A DNA stretch of 64,000 bases from Candidatus Microgenomates bacterium (GCA_016204995.1 JACQJR010000002.1:96551-160550), one strand, 5' to 3'. Numbered from the stretch's first letter, positions 37,096-45,365 are shown. Numbers and translations are program-made. The notes: generated from the letters alone by a model not told the origin.

Positions 37096-39261
37096 TCATT
37101 CCTTTACCTTCCGGCCATAGCGTTCTCGAGATAAACGTTTGATCTTATCTTTATTCTCATTTTTCAGGCTCGGCAAGGGCAAAGTGTTGGCTGGGAAAGG
37201 CGAAGAGGTCATATTATCAATTGACAGCCGGGCAATAATTTCATATTTACCCAAAGCCACTAAATCATTTTCCGTATATAATTCGCCAAATTCTTTAGTC
37301 AAAATCCGGGCATCCGTCGCCCCTACCACGAATGATAAAAGCGTGCCGGCATTGCCAAAAATAGCCTTCTGAATCCCCTCTTCCAGTTGGCCAATATACT
37401 GATTGGCTAGGGTGAGCGACAGCCGATATTTGCGCGCTTCGGATAAGATTTTAATAAAGGAGCTTGTGGCAAAATTTTGAAATTCATCCACATAGAGGAA
37501 AAAATCCCGCCGTTCTTCTTCTTGAGTAAATGAACGGTTCATAGCGGCCAGCTGTAGTTGAGTAATAATCATCGCCCCCAGCAAAGAAGCATTATCCTCG
37601 CCCAATTTGCCCTGCGATAAGTTCAAAATTAAAATTTTACCTTCGTTCATAATCTGCTCAAGGTCAATCGTAGACTTGGGATTACCGACAATATTTCTGA
37701 TCATCTTGGAAGAAACGAACTGGCCAACCTTATTTTGAATTGGCGAAATGGCTTCAGTACGAAGGTTATCAGACATTCTTTCAAATTCCTTTTGCCAGAA
37801 GTTTTTCAAAACCGGGTCCTGCAAACGATCCACCACCCGCTCCCGGAAATTCCGGTCATTAAGCAAATTTAAAATATCCACTAAAGTACTACCTTCTACT
37901 TCCAAAAGGGTCAGAATGACATTGCGCAAAATATATTCCAGCCGTGGCCCCCAGCTCTCCCGATACAATTTGTAAAAAATGGAGATAATGCCCGAGGCCA
38001 CCAAATCTTTATGCTGGCGATTTTTAATTTCTAAAACGTTTAGAGAAAAAGGCCTTTCACTGTCAAAAGGTTCCAGATAAACTACGTCTGACACCCGCCG
38101 GGCCGGAATATAATCTAGAATGACCTCGGAGAGATCACCGTGCGGGTCAATAATGCCCACCCCTCGGCCCTTTCTAATATCATCAATCGCCATATTGGCA
38201 ATTAAAGTAGATTTGCCGGTGCCGGTTTTGCCGACAATATAGACGTGGCGGCGGCGATCAATTGTTTTGATACCAAAAATAGTTTCCTGATTTCTAAAGT
38301 TAGTCTTGGCAAAAAAGTTAACATCCTGCTTTTGCTCATCAGTCATAGCACTGGCTGCCGGCAAATTCTGCGGTGGCTCACCCAGTAAAGTCTTGCCCCA
38401 GGCAATATTTTTGATATTAGCCAGAAGTATGGCTGGCGGATGCCACAGACTGGCCAGTTCTTGGGCATTGAGAATTTGCTGCTGTCTTTCCAAGAAAGCC
38501 ACTTTTCGCTCGCGGATGCGAGCCAACAACCTGCCTTTGCGCAGTATTGGTCGCTTAAAAACTAACTGGTTGCCGCCGCCCAAAGAGAAACTGCCAAAAG
38601 TGCCGGCCAGATTTTGTAAAATTGGCTTGGTCGGCTGGCTATCAGAACCCGCCGCAATCCGAATCACCGCCCGCCCCCCTTGAAAAGAAGTTTTGCGTTC
38701 AATTAATATCCGCTGCGGATTTTGGCTGTAGCGATCAGAAGTCGGATCGTAAGTTTGGGTTTTAAGACTGGCCGTAGCTTTAGCTTGCCAGGGAAAAGTA
38801 GCCGGCGTCACAATAATTTGTACCATGATTTTAGTATCATTATCTTGCTTGGATAAAAAACCCAACAGTGAAGCCAAGGGGTCAACGTCGCGAAAATCCA
38901 AGTAGGTTTTAATCGGCAGATAGAAATAGGAGTTTAAGGCCAGCTCGCCTATTTCCAGATTTTTGGATTTCAAAACTTCAAAAAGGGGATCGGAGGTAGC
39001 GGCAATTTGAGCTTTGGGATAGGAAGAAGTGACTAAACTTTCCATGAAATTTTTGTGAGCATTAGTTGTAGTGACATAAAAATAAATAGTGGAATTAACG
39101 AGATAAATTTCAAAGCTAAAAGTTCCCTGCTTGGTAAACAGCCATTTCCAACCCGGCAAATACGGCCGCGATAAGACAGAGGCGAAGATTTGCGCGGCAC
39201 TTTCAGTAGGCGTCTCATCGTCTTTGGAAAGCTTAAGTTGAATATGGCTAAGCTGCGGCAT
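37096..39261 (-). CDS. FtsK/HerA/VirD4(T4CP)-superfamily P-loop ATPase, cytoplasmic (DUF87/type-IV-DNA-transfer-like)
   Basis: Walker A (GKTGTGKST), IIDPHGD motif, Walker B (FFLYVDEFQNF), arginine-finger/sensor region (ARKYRLSLTLANQ). About 330-aa N-terminal domain of unknown function. No TM segments. Confidence 0.55.
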   Translation of the reverse strand: MPQLSHIQLKLSKDDETPTESAAQIFASVLSRPYLPGWKWLFTKQGTFSFEIYLVNSTIYFYVTTTNAHKNFMESLVTSSYPKAQIAATSDPLFEVLKSKNLEIGELALNSYFYLPIKTYLDFRDVDPLASLLGFLSKQDNDTKIMVQIIVTPATFPWQAKATASLKTQTYDPTSDRYSQNPQRILIERKTSFQGGRAVIRIAAGSDSQPTKPILQNLAGTFGSFSLGGGNQLVFKRPILRKGRLLARIRERKVAFLERQQQILNAQELASLWHPPAILLANIKNIAWGKTLLGEPPQNLPAASAMTDEQKQDVNFFAKTNFRNQETIFGIKTIDRRRHVYIVGKTGTGKSTLIANMAIDDIRKGRGVGIIDPHGDLSEVILDYIPARRVSDVVYLEPFDSERPFSLNVLEIKNRQHKDLVASGIISIFYKLYRESWGPRLEYILRNVILTLLEVEGSTLVDILNLLNDRNFRERVVDRLQDPVLKNFWQKEFERMSDNLRTEAISPIQNKVGQFVSSKMIRNIVGNPKSTIDLEQIMNEGKILILNLSQGKLGEDNASLLGAMIITQLQLAAMNRSFTQEEERRDFFLYVDEFQNFATSSFIKILSEARKYRLSLTLANQYIGQLEEGIQKAIFGNAGTLLSFVVGATDARILTKEFGELYTENDLVALGKYEIIARLSIDNMTSSPFPANTLPLPSLKNENKDKIKRLSRERYGRKVKE

Positions 39262-39329
39262 TAACTACATTATATTACATTTTTAACAAGCTTGTCTCGC
39301 CGAAGTCCGGCGTAGACGGACGAAGGCGG

Positions 39330-39441
39330 AAAAAAAGGCACCCCGCGGGAAATATCTTGCGGTTAAGCAAAAATATCACCTTTGAGGTGCCTTGATACTA
39401 TTTTGAGCTTGCGAAAAACAAGCTTCGCTTATTCAGTTGTG
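39330..39441 (+). repeat. Element Y copy D
   Basis: AAAAAAAGGCACC...CTTGC-ggtta-GCAA...AAAATATCACC-tttga-GGTGCCTT, then an extra AGCTTG/CAAGCT hairpin, then TATTCAGTTGTG. Lies 3' of minus ORF 39429..39647. Confidence 0.5.
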
Positions 39442-39647
39442 ATGGAAGATTGTATCTCCCTTATCTTTTTGTCCAGCCGACTAAGACAGTCATTGGGCTT
39501 CTCGAGAGGGCATTCGCCGTAAAGGTGGTTCACCCACTCCATGTCATCCCGATCCTTCAACGAGATTACACTTACCTCCTTGACTGCGTAACCAGCAATC
39601 TCATCGACCTCCTTTTCTGTCAGACAAGCCTCAACTACCGAAGCCAT
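39429..39647 (-). CDS. hypothetical small acidic protein (GC-rich)
   Basis: 72 aa, RBS GGGAGGG. Confidence 0.35.
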   Translation of the reverse strand: MASVVEACLTEKEVDEIAGYAVKEVSVISLKDRDDMEWVNHLYGECPLEKPNDCLSRLDKKIREIQSSITTE

Positions 39648-39685
39648 AATTCCCTCCCTTACGAATACACCGAAACCTTTTCCTA

Positions 39686-39898
39686 CTAGGAACTACTCAC
39701 CAGCAACTTCTCTGCCGCAACTTTCTCCTTATTAGATTTCTGTAGGGCGGCAAATAGGAAGCTGAACGGAGTATGCCGCAGATACACGTAGTATTGGGCC
39801 GTATCCATGTCTTCAGTGAGGCCCCATTCGGTCCTCAACAGATGCTGCATGGCTGCCTGACAGCGGGGTTGATGCGAACAATACCAGTACACGTTCAA
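39686..39898 (-). CDS. hypothetical small protein (GC-rich)
   Basis: 70-aa ORF, TTG start with an adjacent AAAGGAGG. The start is uncertain. Confidence 0.25.
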   Translation of the reverse strand: MNVYWYCSHQPRCQAAMQHLLRTEWGLTEDMDTAQYYVYLRHTPFSFLFAALQKSNKEKVAAEKLLVSSS

Positions 39899-40149
39899 CC
39901 TCCTTTTCGACCAGATAAAGCCTTAGGGCATATTTACCCCGAACTCCTCCTAATCAGGCTTGCGGCTCGCTTGGTGAGCTGGAAAAACGTGATGGCCAGT
40001 ACCGCAATGACAAATATCACCGTCAGTATCGCTATGGACAGGATCACCAGGACCACGAAGAGGAAACCCATCTCCATGTTCAATATCAAATCCTCCAGCA
40101 TTTTTCTCCTTACAACTGAAATGTCAACGTGCCTTTGACCTACCTAATC

Positions 40150-40230
40150 TTACCTTTCGTCTTAGTAGATTTCTACTGCGACTCAAGGAGTGATTTATGG
40201 CGGGTCTGCATCACAAATTGCGATGCAATT
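40150..40230 (+). repeat. Element X copy 3 upstream of def
   Basis: AGTAG-attt-CTACT hairpin (compensatory relative to copy 1), GCGACTCAAGGAG..ATGGCGGGT, then a hairpin GCATC..GATGC with different sequence but the same structure. Confidence 0.45.
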
Positions 40231-40365
40231 TATTCTTTGAAAAAGCGCTTTTAAGACTTGCTTATTGCCCTAAGCCTCTTTTCCCAAGTTATGCTATTAT
40301 ATTACAAACTATGGGATTATTCAAAAAATTAGCAATTAGCAAGCAAAATTGGTAAAATACATGCT

Positions 40366-40959
40366 ATGAGTGTCCAGAAAATTTTGACAGTGCAGAATCC
40401 GGTTTTGCGGACATCGGCTAAAAAAGTCACCCAATTTGATAAACGAATTGAACGGTTAATCACTGATTTAATTGATACTTTAAAAGTGCAAAAAGACCCC
40501 ATCGGAGTCGGTCTTGCTGCTCCTCAAATTGGCAAGTCCATAAGACTTTTTGTCGCTAAATTGGGTAAGGATATTATTCCCTTTATAAATCCGGAAATTA
40601 CTTGGAAATCTGAAAACACTAACGACCCAAAACCAACTAAACGTTTTCCTAAGAGCCTAGAAGCCCAAGAGCCCATAAGCCCCGAATACATCATGGAAGG
40701 ATGTCTGTCTCTTCCCCATTTTTACGGCCCAGTCCAGCGGGCCCACCAAGTCACAGTTCGTTATCAGACTCCAAAATTGGAAATTGGAAATTGGAAATTG
40801 GAAATTACGACGAAGTCGTTTAGTGGGCTGGCCGCGCAAATTATTCAACACGAAACAGACCATTTAAACGGCACATTATTTATTGATAATTTACTTCATC
40901 AAAAGCGTAAACTTTATAAATGGGAAGGCAAAGAATGGGAAGAAGTGGAATTACCGTAG
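40366..40959 (+). CDS. def: peptide deformylase
   Basis: Motifs GVGLAAPQIG, EGCLS, HETDHLNG. Contains in-frame repeat-derived inserts (KSLEAQEPISP, and a (GGAAATT)n tract encoding KLEIGNWKLEI). Confidence 0.85.
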   Translation: MSVQKILTVQNPVLRTSAKKVTQFDKRIERLITDLIDTLKVQKDPIGVGLAAPQIGKSIRLFVAKLGKDIIPFINPEITWKSENTNDPKPTKRFPKSLEAQEPISPEYIMEGCLSLPHFYGPVQRAHQVTVRYQTPKLEIGNWKLEITTKSFSGLAAQIIQHETDHLNGTLFIDNLLHQKRKLYKWEGKEWEEVELP

Positions 40960-41004
40960 GCAATTCAGGGCGTTAGGACATTAGGTATTTAGGCTCTTAG
41001 GCAT

Positions 41005-41367
41005 ATGAGCGATTTTACCAAATTAAAAATATGGCAGAAATCTCACGAATTATCATTGGAGGTTTATCATCTTACTGCAAAACTACCTAAAGAAGAAACT
41101 TTCGGCTTAATGTCACAGTTACGCCGAGCAGCAGTATCAGTAGAATCTAATATTGCCGAGGGCGAATCAAGATTTAGTAGTAAGGATAAACTAAATTTCT
41201 TTATCCAAAGTCGCGCATCTATCGGCGAGGTCCAGACACAATTACTTTTAGTAGCTGATTTATATCAGCAATTAAAGAGTAAAGCTTTACAATTAAAAGA
41301 AGAATATACTAATCTTTATAAACAAATAAATAGTCTTGTTTCTTATAGAAGAAAAAACGATTTATGA
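41005..41367 (+). CDS. four-helix-bundle protein (23S rRNA IVS protein family)
   Basis: KLKIWQKSHELSLEVYHLT..QLRRAAVSVESNIAEGESRFS family pattern. Inserted between def and fmt. Confidence 0.65.
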   Translation: MSDFTKLKIWQKSHELSLEVYHLTAKLPKEETFGLMSQLRRAAVSVESNIAEGESRFSSKDKLNFFIQSRASIGEVQTQLLLVADLYQQLKSKALQLKEEYTNLYKQINSLVSYRRKNDL

Positions 41368-42431
41368 ACCCTAACAGCCCAAGAGCCCTGCCTGCGCAGG
41401 CAGGCCAACAGCCCAAGAGCCCTCCTCTCGTTTTTTTCAGCACACCAGACTATGTGCTGCCAGTATTGGAACAGCTAAAAAATGCCGGTTATGAAATTGC
41501 AGCTATTGTTTCCCAGCCACCCAAACCAGTTGGCAGGAAACAAATTTTAACACCAACTCCTACTGCTGTTTGGGCTAGCCAAAATAACATCCCCAATCTT
41601 GATGCTTCACCTAAAACTTTAATTGAACCTTTACAAAAAATTGGCGCGACCATTGCCATTCTGGCTTCCTACGGCCGGATTATTCCGCAGGCAATTATTG
41701 ATGTTTTTCCACAAGGCATCTTAAATATTCACCCCTCACTTTTACCAAAATTTCGCGGTGCTTTACCGGTAGAAGGAGCATTGGTAGCAGGCGAAAGCGA
41801 AACCGGCGTGACTATTATCAAATTGGATGCCGAAATGGATCATGGTCCCATTGTTTCTCAAATTACCGAAAAAATTAATAAGGATGACACTAAAATTACT
41901 TTAAGAAAAAGATTATTTGAAAAAGGGGCCGCTGAATTAATTAAAGTCTTACCAGACTACTTAGCTGGCAAAATCGCACTGCAAGAACAAGATCACACTC
42001 AAGCTACTTATACCACTTTGATGAAAAAAGAATACGGCTTTATCCCGCCGCAATATTTGGAAGCTGCATTTAAAGGTGAGACTTTAGAGGAAAAATGGCC
42101 CATCCCATTCATAAAAGACTTTTCCCTAGTACCTAGTGCCTATTCCCTTCACAATTTTATCCGTGCTATTAACCCCTGGCCCGGAGCATACACTGAAGTA
42201 ATACTACCAATAAATACCAATACTACCAATAAGCAAAGCTTGGCCCTTCGGGCTAATTACCAATCAACTAAAAAAAGATTAAAAATTCTGAAATCTCACT
42301 TAGAAAACCTAGTAGCCCAAGAGCCTAATGCCCCAACAGTCCACTTAGTGCCTGACTTGGTCCAATTAGAAGGCAAAAATCCCGTTTCTTGGCAACAATT
42401 TAAACAAGGCTACCCCAACTTCACTTTCTAA
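41364..42431 (+). CDS. fmt: methionyl-tRNA formyltransferase
   Basis: Formyltransferase core (NIHPSLLPKFRGALPV) and a C-terminal Fmt domain. The N-terminal extension contains the CCTGCCTGCGCAGGCAGG palindrome (ALPAQAGQ). ATGA overlap with the upstream gene. Confidence 0.85.
   Translation: MNPNSPRALPAQAGQQPKSPPLVFFSTPDYVLPVLEQLKNAGYEIAAIVSQPPKPVGRKQILTPTPTAVWASQNNIPNLDASPKTLIEPLQKIGATIAILASYGRIIPQAIIDVFPQGILNIHPSLLPKFRGALPVEGALVAGESETGVTIIKLDAEMDHGPIVSQITEKINKDDTKITLRKRLFEKGAAELIKVLPDYLAGKIALQEQDHTQATYTTLMKKEYGFIPPQYLEAAFKGETLEEKWPIPFIKDFSLVPSAYSLHNFIRAINPWPGAYTEVILPINTNTTNKQSLALRANYQSTKKRLKILKSHLENLVAQEPNAPTVHLVPDLVQLEGKNPVSWQQFKQGYPNFTF
41387..41404. repeat. 18-nt perfect palindrome CCTGCCTGCGCAGGCAGG in-frame at the fmt N-terminus
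   Basis: Encodes ALPAQAGQ. Flanked by CAGCCCAAGAGCCC repeats. Confidence 0.6.
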
Positions 42432-42451
42432 TTTCTGATATTATTATCTTT

Positions 42452-43378
42452 ATGACTCTAAGACAAAAAGGAATTTTAGCTTTATTAATTGCGGTCATAT
42501 TATGGGGACCGGCGCCGGTGGTGACCAAACTGGCCTTACAAGAAATTCCTCAATTTTCCCTGACCTTTTTACGCTTTGCTATCGCCACTCCAATTATCTT
42601 TTTGTTATTTTTCAGGCAAAAAAATCGTCAAATTAAAAAAAGCGACTTCTTATTATTTTTTATCGCTGGCATTGTCGGCTCGGTAATTAATTCTCTCTTT
42701 TTCTTTTACGGCATCCAGATTACTTCAGCTACCGCCAGCCAAGCTATTTTTACTGCAACACCCGTTATTACTGCCCTCTTGGCTCACTTTTTCCTAAATG
42801 AAAAAATTAAATCTCTGCAGTGGATCGGAGTTTTGGTGGGCTTAACCGGCGCTACTTTGGTGGCTGTTAAAGGATATTTTGAAAATGGCAAAGTAACCGA
42901 TAACAGTATGCTGGGAAATTTTTTAATATTTTTGGCAGCTATCAGCTGGGTGATTTATATTTTAATTTCTAAAAAATTATCCGCCCGCTATTCGCCGACC
43001 ACCATTACCGCCGTCTCTTTTTTAATCGGCCTGGCGGCTTTTATCCCTTTTGCCATATGGGAAAATATGGTCAGTAGCGCCTGGATCGGCCAGCTGGGTT
43101 TCAAGGGTATCTTTGGAGCAGTTTATCAGGGAATTTTTGCCTCCGTTTTGGCAGTTCTGGCCTATCAGACAGGCTTGAAATTAACCAGCGCTTTTGCCGC
43201 CGGCGTCATTCTTTATCTTAATCCAATTATTACCACCCTAGTGGCCGTACCAGTTTTGGGAGAAAAAATTACTGTGTTGTTTTTAATAGGCAGTATTCTC
43301 ATCCTTCTTGGCTCCTTCATTTCCACCCAACTGGAAATGGTCAAAAACCACGTCAGAAAAAGAATTTTTAGGCAGTAA
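42452..43378 (+). CDS. EamA/DMT-family transporter
   Basis: 10 TM helices, two EamA repeats. Confidence 0.7.
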   Translation: MTLRQKGILALLIAVILWGPAPVVTKLALQEIPQFSLTFLRFAIATPIIFLLFFRQKNRQIKKSDFLLFFIAGIVGSVINSLFFFYGIQITSATASQAIFTATPVITALLAHFFLNEKIKSLQWIGVLVGLTGATLVAVKGYFENGKVTDNSMLGNFLIFLAAISWVIYILISKKLSARYSPTTITAVSFLIGLAAFIPFAIWENMVSSAWIGQLGFKGIFGAVYQGIFASVLAVLAYQTGLKLTSAFAAGVILYLNPIITTLVAVPVLGEKITVLFLIGSILILLGSFISTQLEMVKNHVRKRIFRQ

Positions 43379-43592
43379 CTGGAACTTGGGGAGTTTGTTT
43401 GGAACCAGCATTTTTCTTCATTCTTTTCAAACACTTGGTACAAATTTTGATTTGTACCTTTTTACCATCTAAGACAATTTTTTTCCAATGCAGATTAGGT
43501 AGAAAAACCCGTCTAGTGTGTACGCCGGAATGCGAAACATTCCGCCCCACCACTTTACCTTTACCGCAAATAGCACAACGCATTCCAGACAT
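43368..43592 (-). CDS. rpmB: 50S ribosomal protein L28
   Basis: CAICGKGKVVGRNVSHSGVHTRRVFLPNL matches the L28 signature (RRF.PNL). Confidence 0.75.
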   Translation of the reverse strand: MSGMRCAICGKGKVVGRNVSHSGVHTRRVFLPNLHWKKIVLDGKKVQIKICTKCLKRMKKNAGSKQTPQVPVTA

Positions 43593-43767
43593 ATACTGGA
43601 AATTATACTGAAAAATAAGTTAAAATACAAGAAGAATTAACCTAATTGCTCTAACGCGAAGCGCCAAGTTTTGCTTAATTAACCTAATTCCTAAATAAAT
43701 CCTAATGACTAAATTGGGAAATTTCCTAATCTTGGGATTTAATTAGGTTAATTAGAAATTTAAAACT

Positions 43768-44385
43768 ATGTTCGGCGCACTAGAACCAACCCAGTTGATT
43801 ATTTTTATCTTGGCGTTACTTTCCGCCATCACTATTCATGAATTTTCTCACGCATTAATGGCTGACAAATTAGGCGATCCCACACCGCGTCTACAGGGCC
43901 GCTTAACCTTAAATCCCCTGGCCCATCTTGACCCCCTGGGTACCATCCTATTATTTTTAGTTCATTTTGGCTGGGGCAAACCGGTGCAGTTTGATCCTTA
44001 TAATTTGGCAAATCCGAGGCGCGACGCCGCCATTATTTCATTTGCCGGCCCGGCCAGTAATTTAATTTTGGCCGCCATTTTGGCACTTATTGCCCGCACC
44101 AATCCTCAAGCTTTACTGATACTGGTACCTTTTATCCAGCTTAATGTGGTGCTGGCAATTTTTAATTTAATTCCCATTCATCCTCTGGACGGCGGAAAAG
44201 TTTTAGTGGGATTGCTTGATCCGAAAACAGCCAGCGAAGTTGACAGATTTATGAGCCACTACGGCCTGATCATTTTGTTAATTCTAATCTTTCCTCTTTT
44301 TGGTGCACCTTTAATCTCTAGTATTTTATCGCCCATTCTTAACCTCATTCTTAATATTCTTCTACCCACCACACCTTTGATTTAA
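43768..44385 (+). CDS. M50-family (site-2 protease-like) membrane metalloprotease, small form
   Basis: HEFSHAL (HExxH) in TM1, polytopic, C-terminal LDGG-like motif (HPLDGGKV). Confidence 0.65.
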   Translation: MFGALEPTQLIIFILALLSAITIHEFSHALMADKLGDPTPRLQGRLTLNPLAHLDPLGTILLFLVHFGWGKPVQFDPYNLANPRRDAAIISFAGPASNLILAAILALIARTNPQALLILVPFIQLNVVLAIFNLIPIHPLDGGKVLVGLLDPKTASEVDRFMSHYGLIILLILIFPLFGAPLISSILSPILNLILNILLPTTPLI

Positions 44386-44417
44386 TCACCTGTGATGCCC
44401 TTTGATATCTTGACTCG

Positions 44418-44446
44418 CGCACTAAATTTTTATAAAATAACTTATC
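44418..44446 (+). promoter_or_regulatory. sigma70-like promoter (TTGACT-N17-TAAAAT) for the leader/ncRNA + tRNA operon
   Basis: Canonical hexamers with 17-nt spacing directly upstream of the structured leader and the tRNA-Thr/Tyr/Thr genes. Confidence 0.45.
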
Positions 44447-44655
44447 CCTGCCAAAGGGAGAAGCAAGGACCTTTTCCTTACCAAACACTTTTTCGGGAGA
44501 ACGAAGTTCGGCTTAGCCTCGGCTAAGAAGACAGTTCACCCACCTTTCTCTAACAAGGGAAAGAGCCTCATGCGCTACCCCAGGCAGGGATTTTATTACC
44601 CCACTAGTTTCCCAATCTACCACTTTTCTGATATAATTTCCCTTGAAGCTGGAAA

Positions 44656-44727
44656 GCCCTTCTAGCTCAATGGCAGAGCGACGGTTTTGTAAACCGCTGA
44701 CCGCAGTTCGATTCTGCGGAAGGGCTC
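44656..44727 (+). tRNA. tRNA-Thr (anticodon UGU)
   Basis: Cloverleaf folded by hand. 7-bp acceptor GCCCTTC/GAAGGGC, D-arm GCTC..GAGC, anticodon loop TTTGTAA, T-arm CGCAG-TTCGATT-CTGCG. One A-C mismatch at the top of the anticodon stem. Confidence 0.6.
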
Positions 44728-44730
44728 CGG

Positions 44731-44813
44731 GCCGTGGTGGCGGAGTGGGCAATCGCACCAGACTGTAAATCTGGCGCCGCAAGGCTGCGTAGGTTCGAAT
44801 CCTACCCACGGCA
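44731..44813 (+). tRNA. tRNA-Tyr (anticodon GUA), long variable arm
   Basis: Acceptor GCCGTGG/CCACGGC, anticodon stem CCAGA/TCTGG with loop CTGTAAA, long variable arm, T-arm GTAGG-TTCGAAT-CCTAC. Confidence 0.7.
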
Positions 44814-44897
44814 CTTAAATAGTGATGGGTTATGGGTTGTGAGTTATGGTTATGGACAAATATTCCGAACTCATCACTTTGAACCCATAACTATCTG

Positions 44898-44969
44898 GCC
44901 TAGGTGGCTCAGTGGTAGAGCACGTTCTTGGTAAGAACGGGGTCGCGGGTTCGATTCCCGCTCTAGGCT
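44898..44969 (+). tRNA. tRNA-Thr (anticodon GGU)
   Basis: Acceptor GCCTAGG/TCTAGGC (one G-U), D-arm GCTC-AGTGGTA-GAGC, anticodon stem CGTTC/GAACG with loop TTGGTAA, T-arm GCGGG-TTCGATT-CCCGC. Confidence 0.7.
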
Positions 44970-44993
44970 CATAATATAATGATGAGTTGAAGG

Positions 44994-45365
44994 TTGGGGG
45001 TTATGAGCGAGAATAATGGATTTAGATTTGAAGAATTACAAGTTTACCAAAGAGCTTTAAATTTTGCGAATGAAGTTTATGAAATCAGCAACCAATGGCC
45101 CAGAGAACATGTTTTTTCTTTAACAGATCAATTAAGAAGAGCATCACTCTCTGTAGCCTTAAATATTGCTGAAGGAGCAAGTAGAACTAAATTAGAATTT
45201 AAAAGATTTATAACTATTAGTAGGGGTTCCTGTCATGAATGCATCCCTATTATAGAAATAGCTTTTAGGCAAAAATTAATTGATATAAAAAGAAAGGAGG
45301 TATGGTTAAACGAGGTTACAACATTATCTAAAATGTTAAGTAAACTTAAGAGTTCAATAGTTTAA
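44994..45365 (+). CDS. four-helix-bundle protein (23S rRNA IVS protein family)
   Basis: ELQVYQRALNFANEVYEIS..QLRRASLSVALNIAEGASR family pattern. Inserted between tRNA-Thr and rpmG, flanked by 9-mer tandem repeats. Confidence 0.65.
   Translation: MGVMSENNGFRFEELQVYQRALNFANEVYEISNQWPREHVFSLTDQLRRASLSVALNIAEGASRTKLEFKRFITISRGSCHECIPIIEIAFRQKLIDIKRKEVWLNEVTTLSKMLSKLKSSIV

Noticed and set aside
33640-39441. Interpretation of Element Y copies as integron attC sites
   Set aside because: No IntI integrase or attI in the window. Element ends do not fit the RYYYAAC/GTTRRRY core sites. The minus-strand reading ends in a U-tract, more like a terminator. Kept only as an analogy in the findings.
44500-44570. 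RNase P RNA call for the tRNA leader
   Set aside because: Only a short stretch resembles the P4/CR-V 3' consensus. The region is ~200 nt with no CR-I/CR-II motifs (GGAAAGUCCGG, AGGGUGAAA.GGUGCGGUAAGAGCGCACC), so it is not a complete RNase P RNA.
44513-44934. ORFs 44513..44809 (-) and 44734..44934 (+)
   Set aside because: They overlap the three tRNA genes and the structured leader, and their GC-rich codons come from the tRNA sequences. Spurious.
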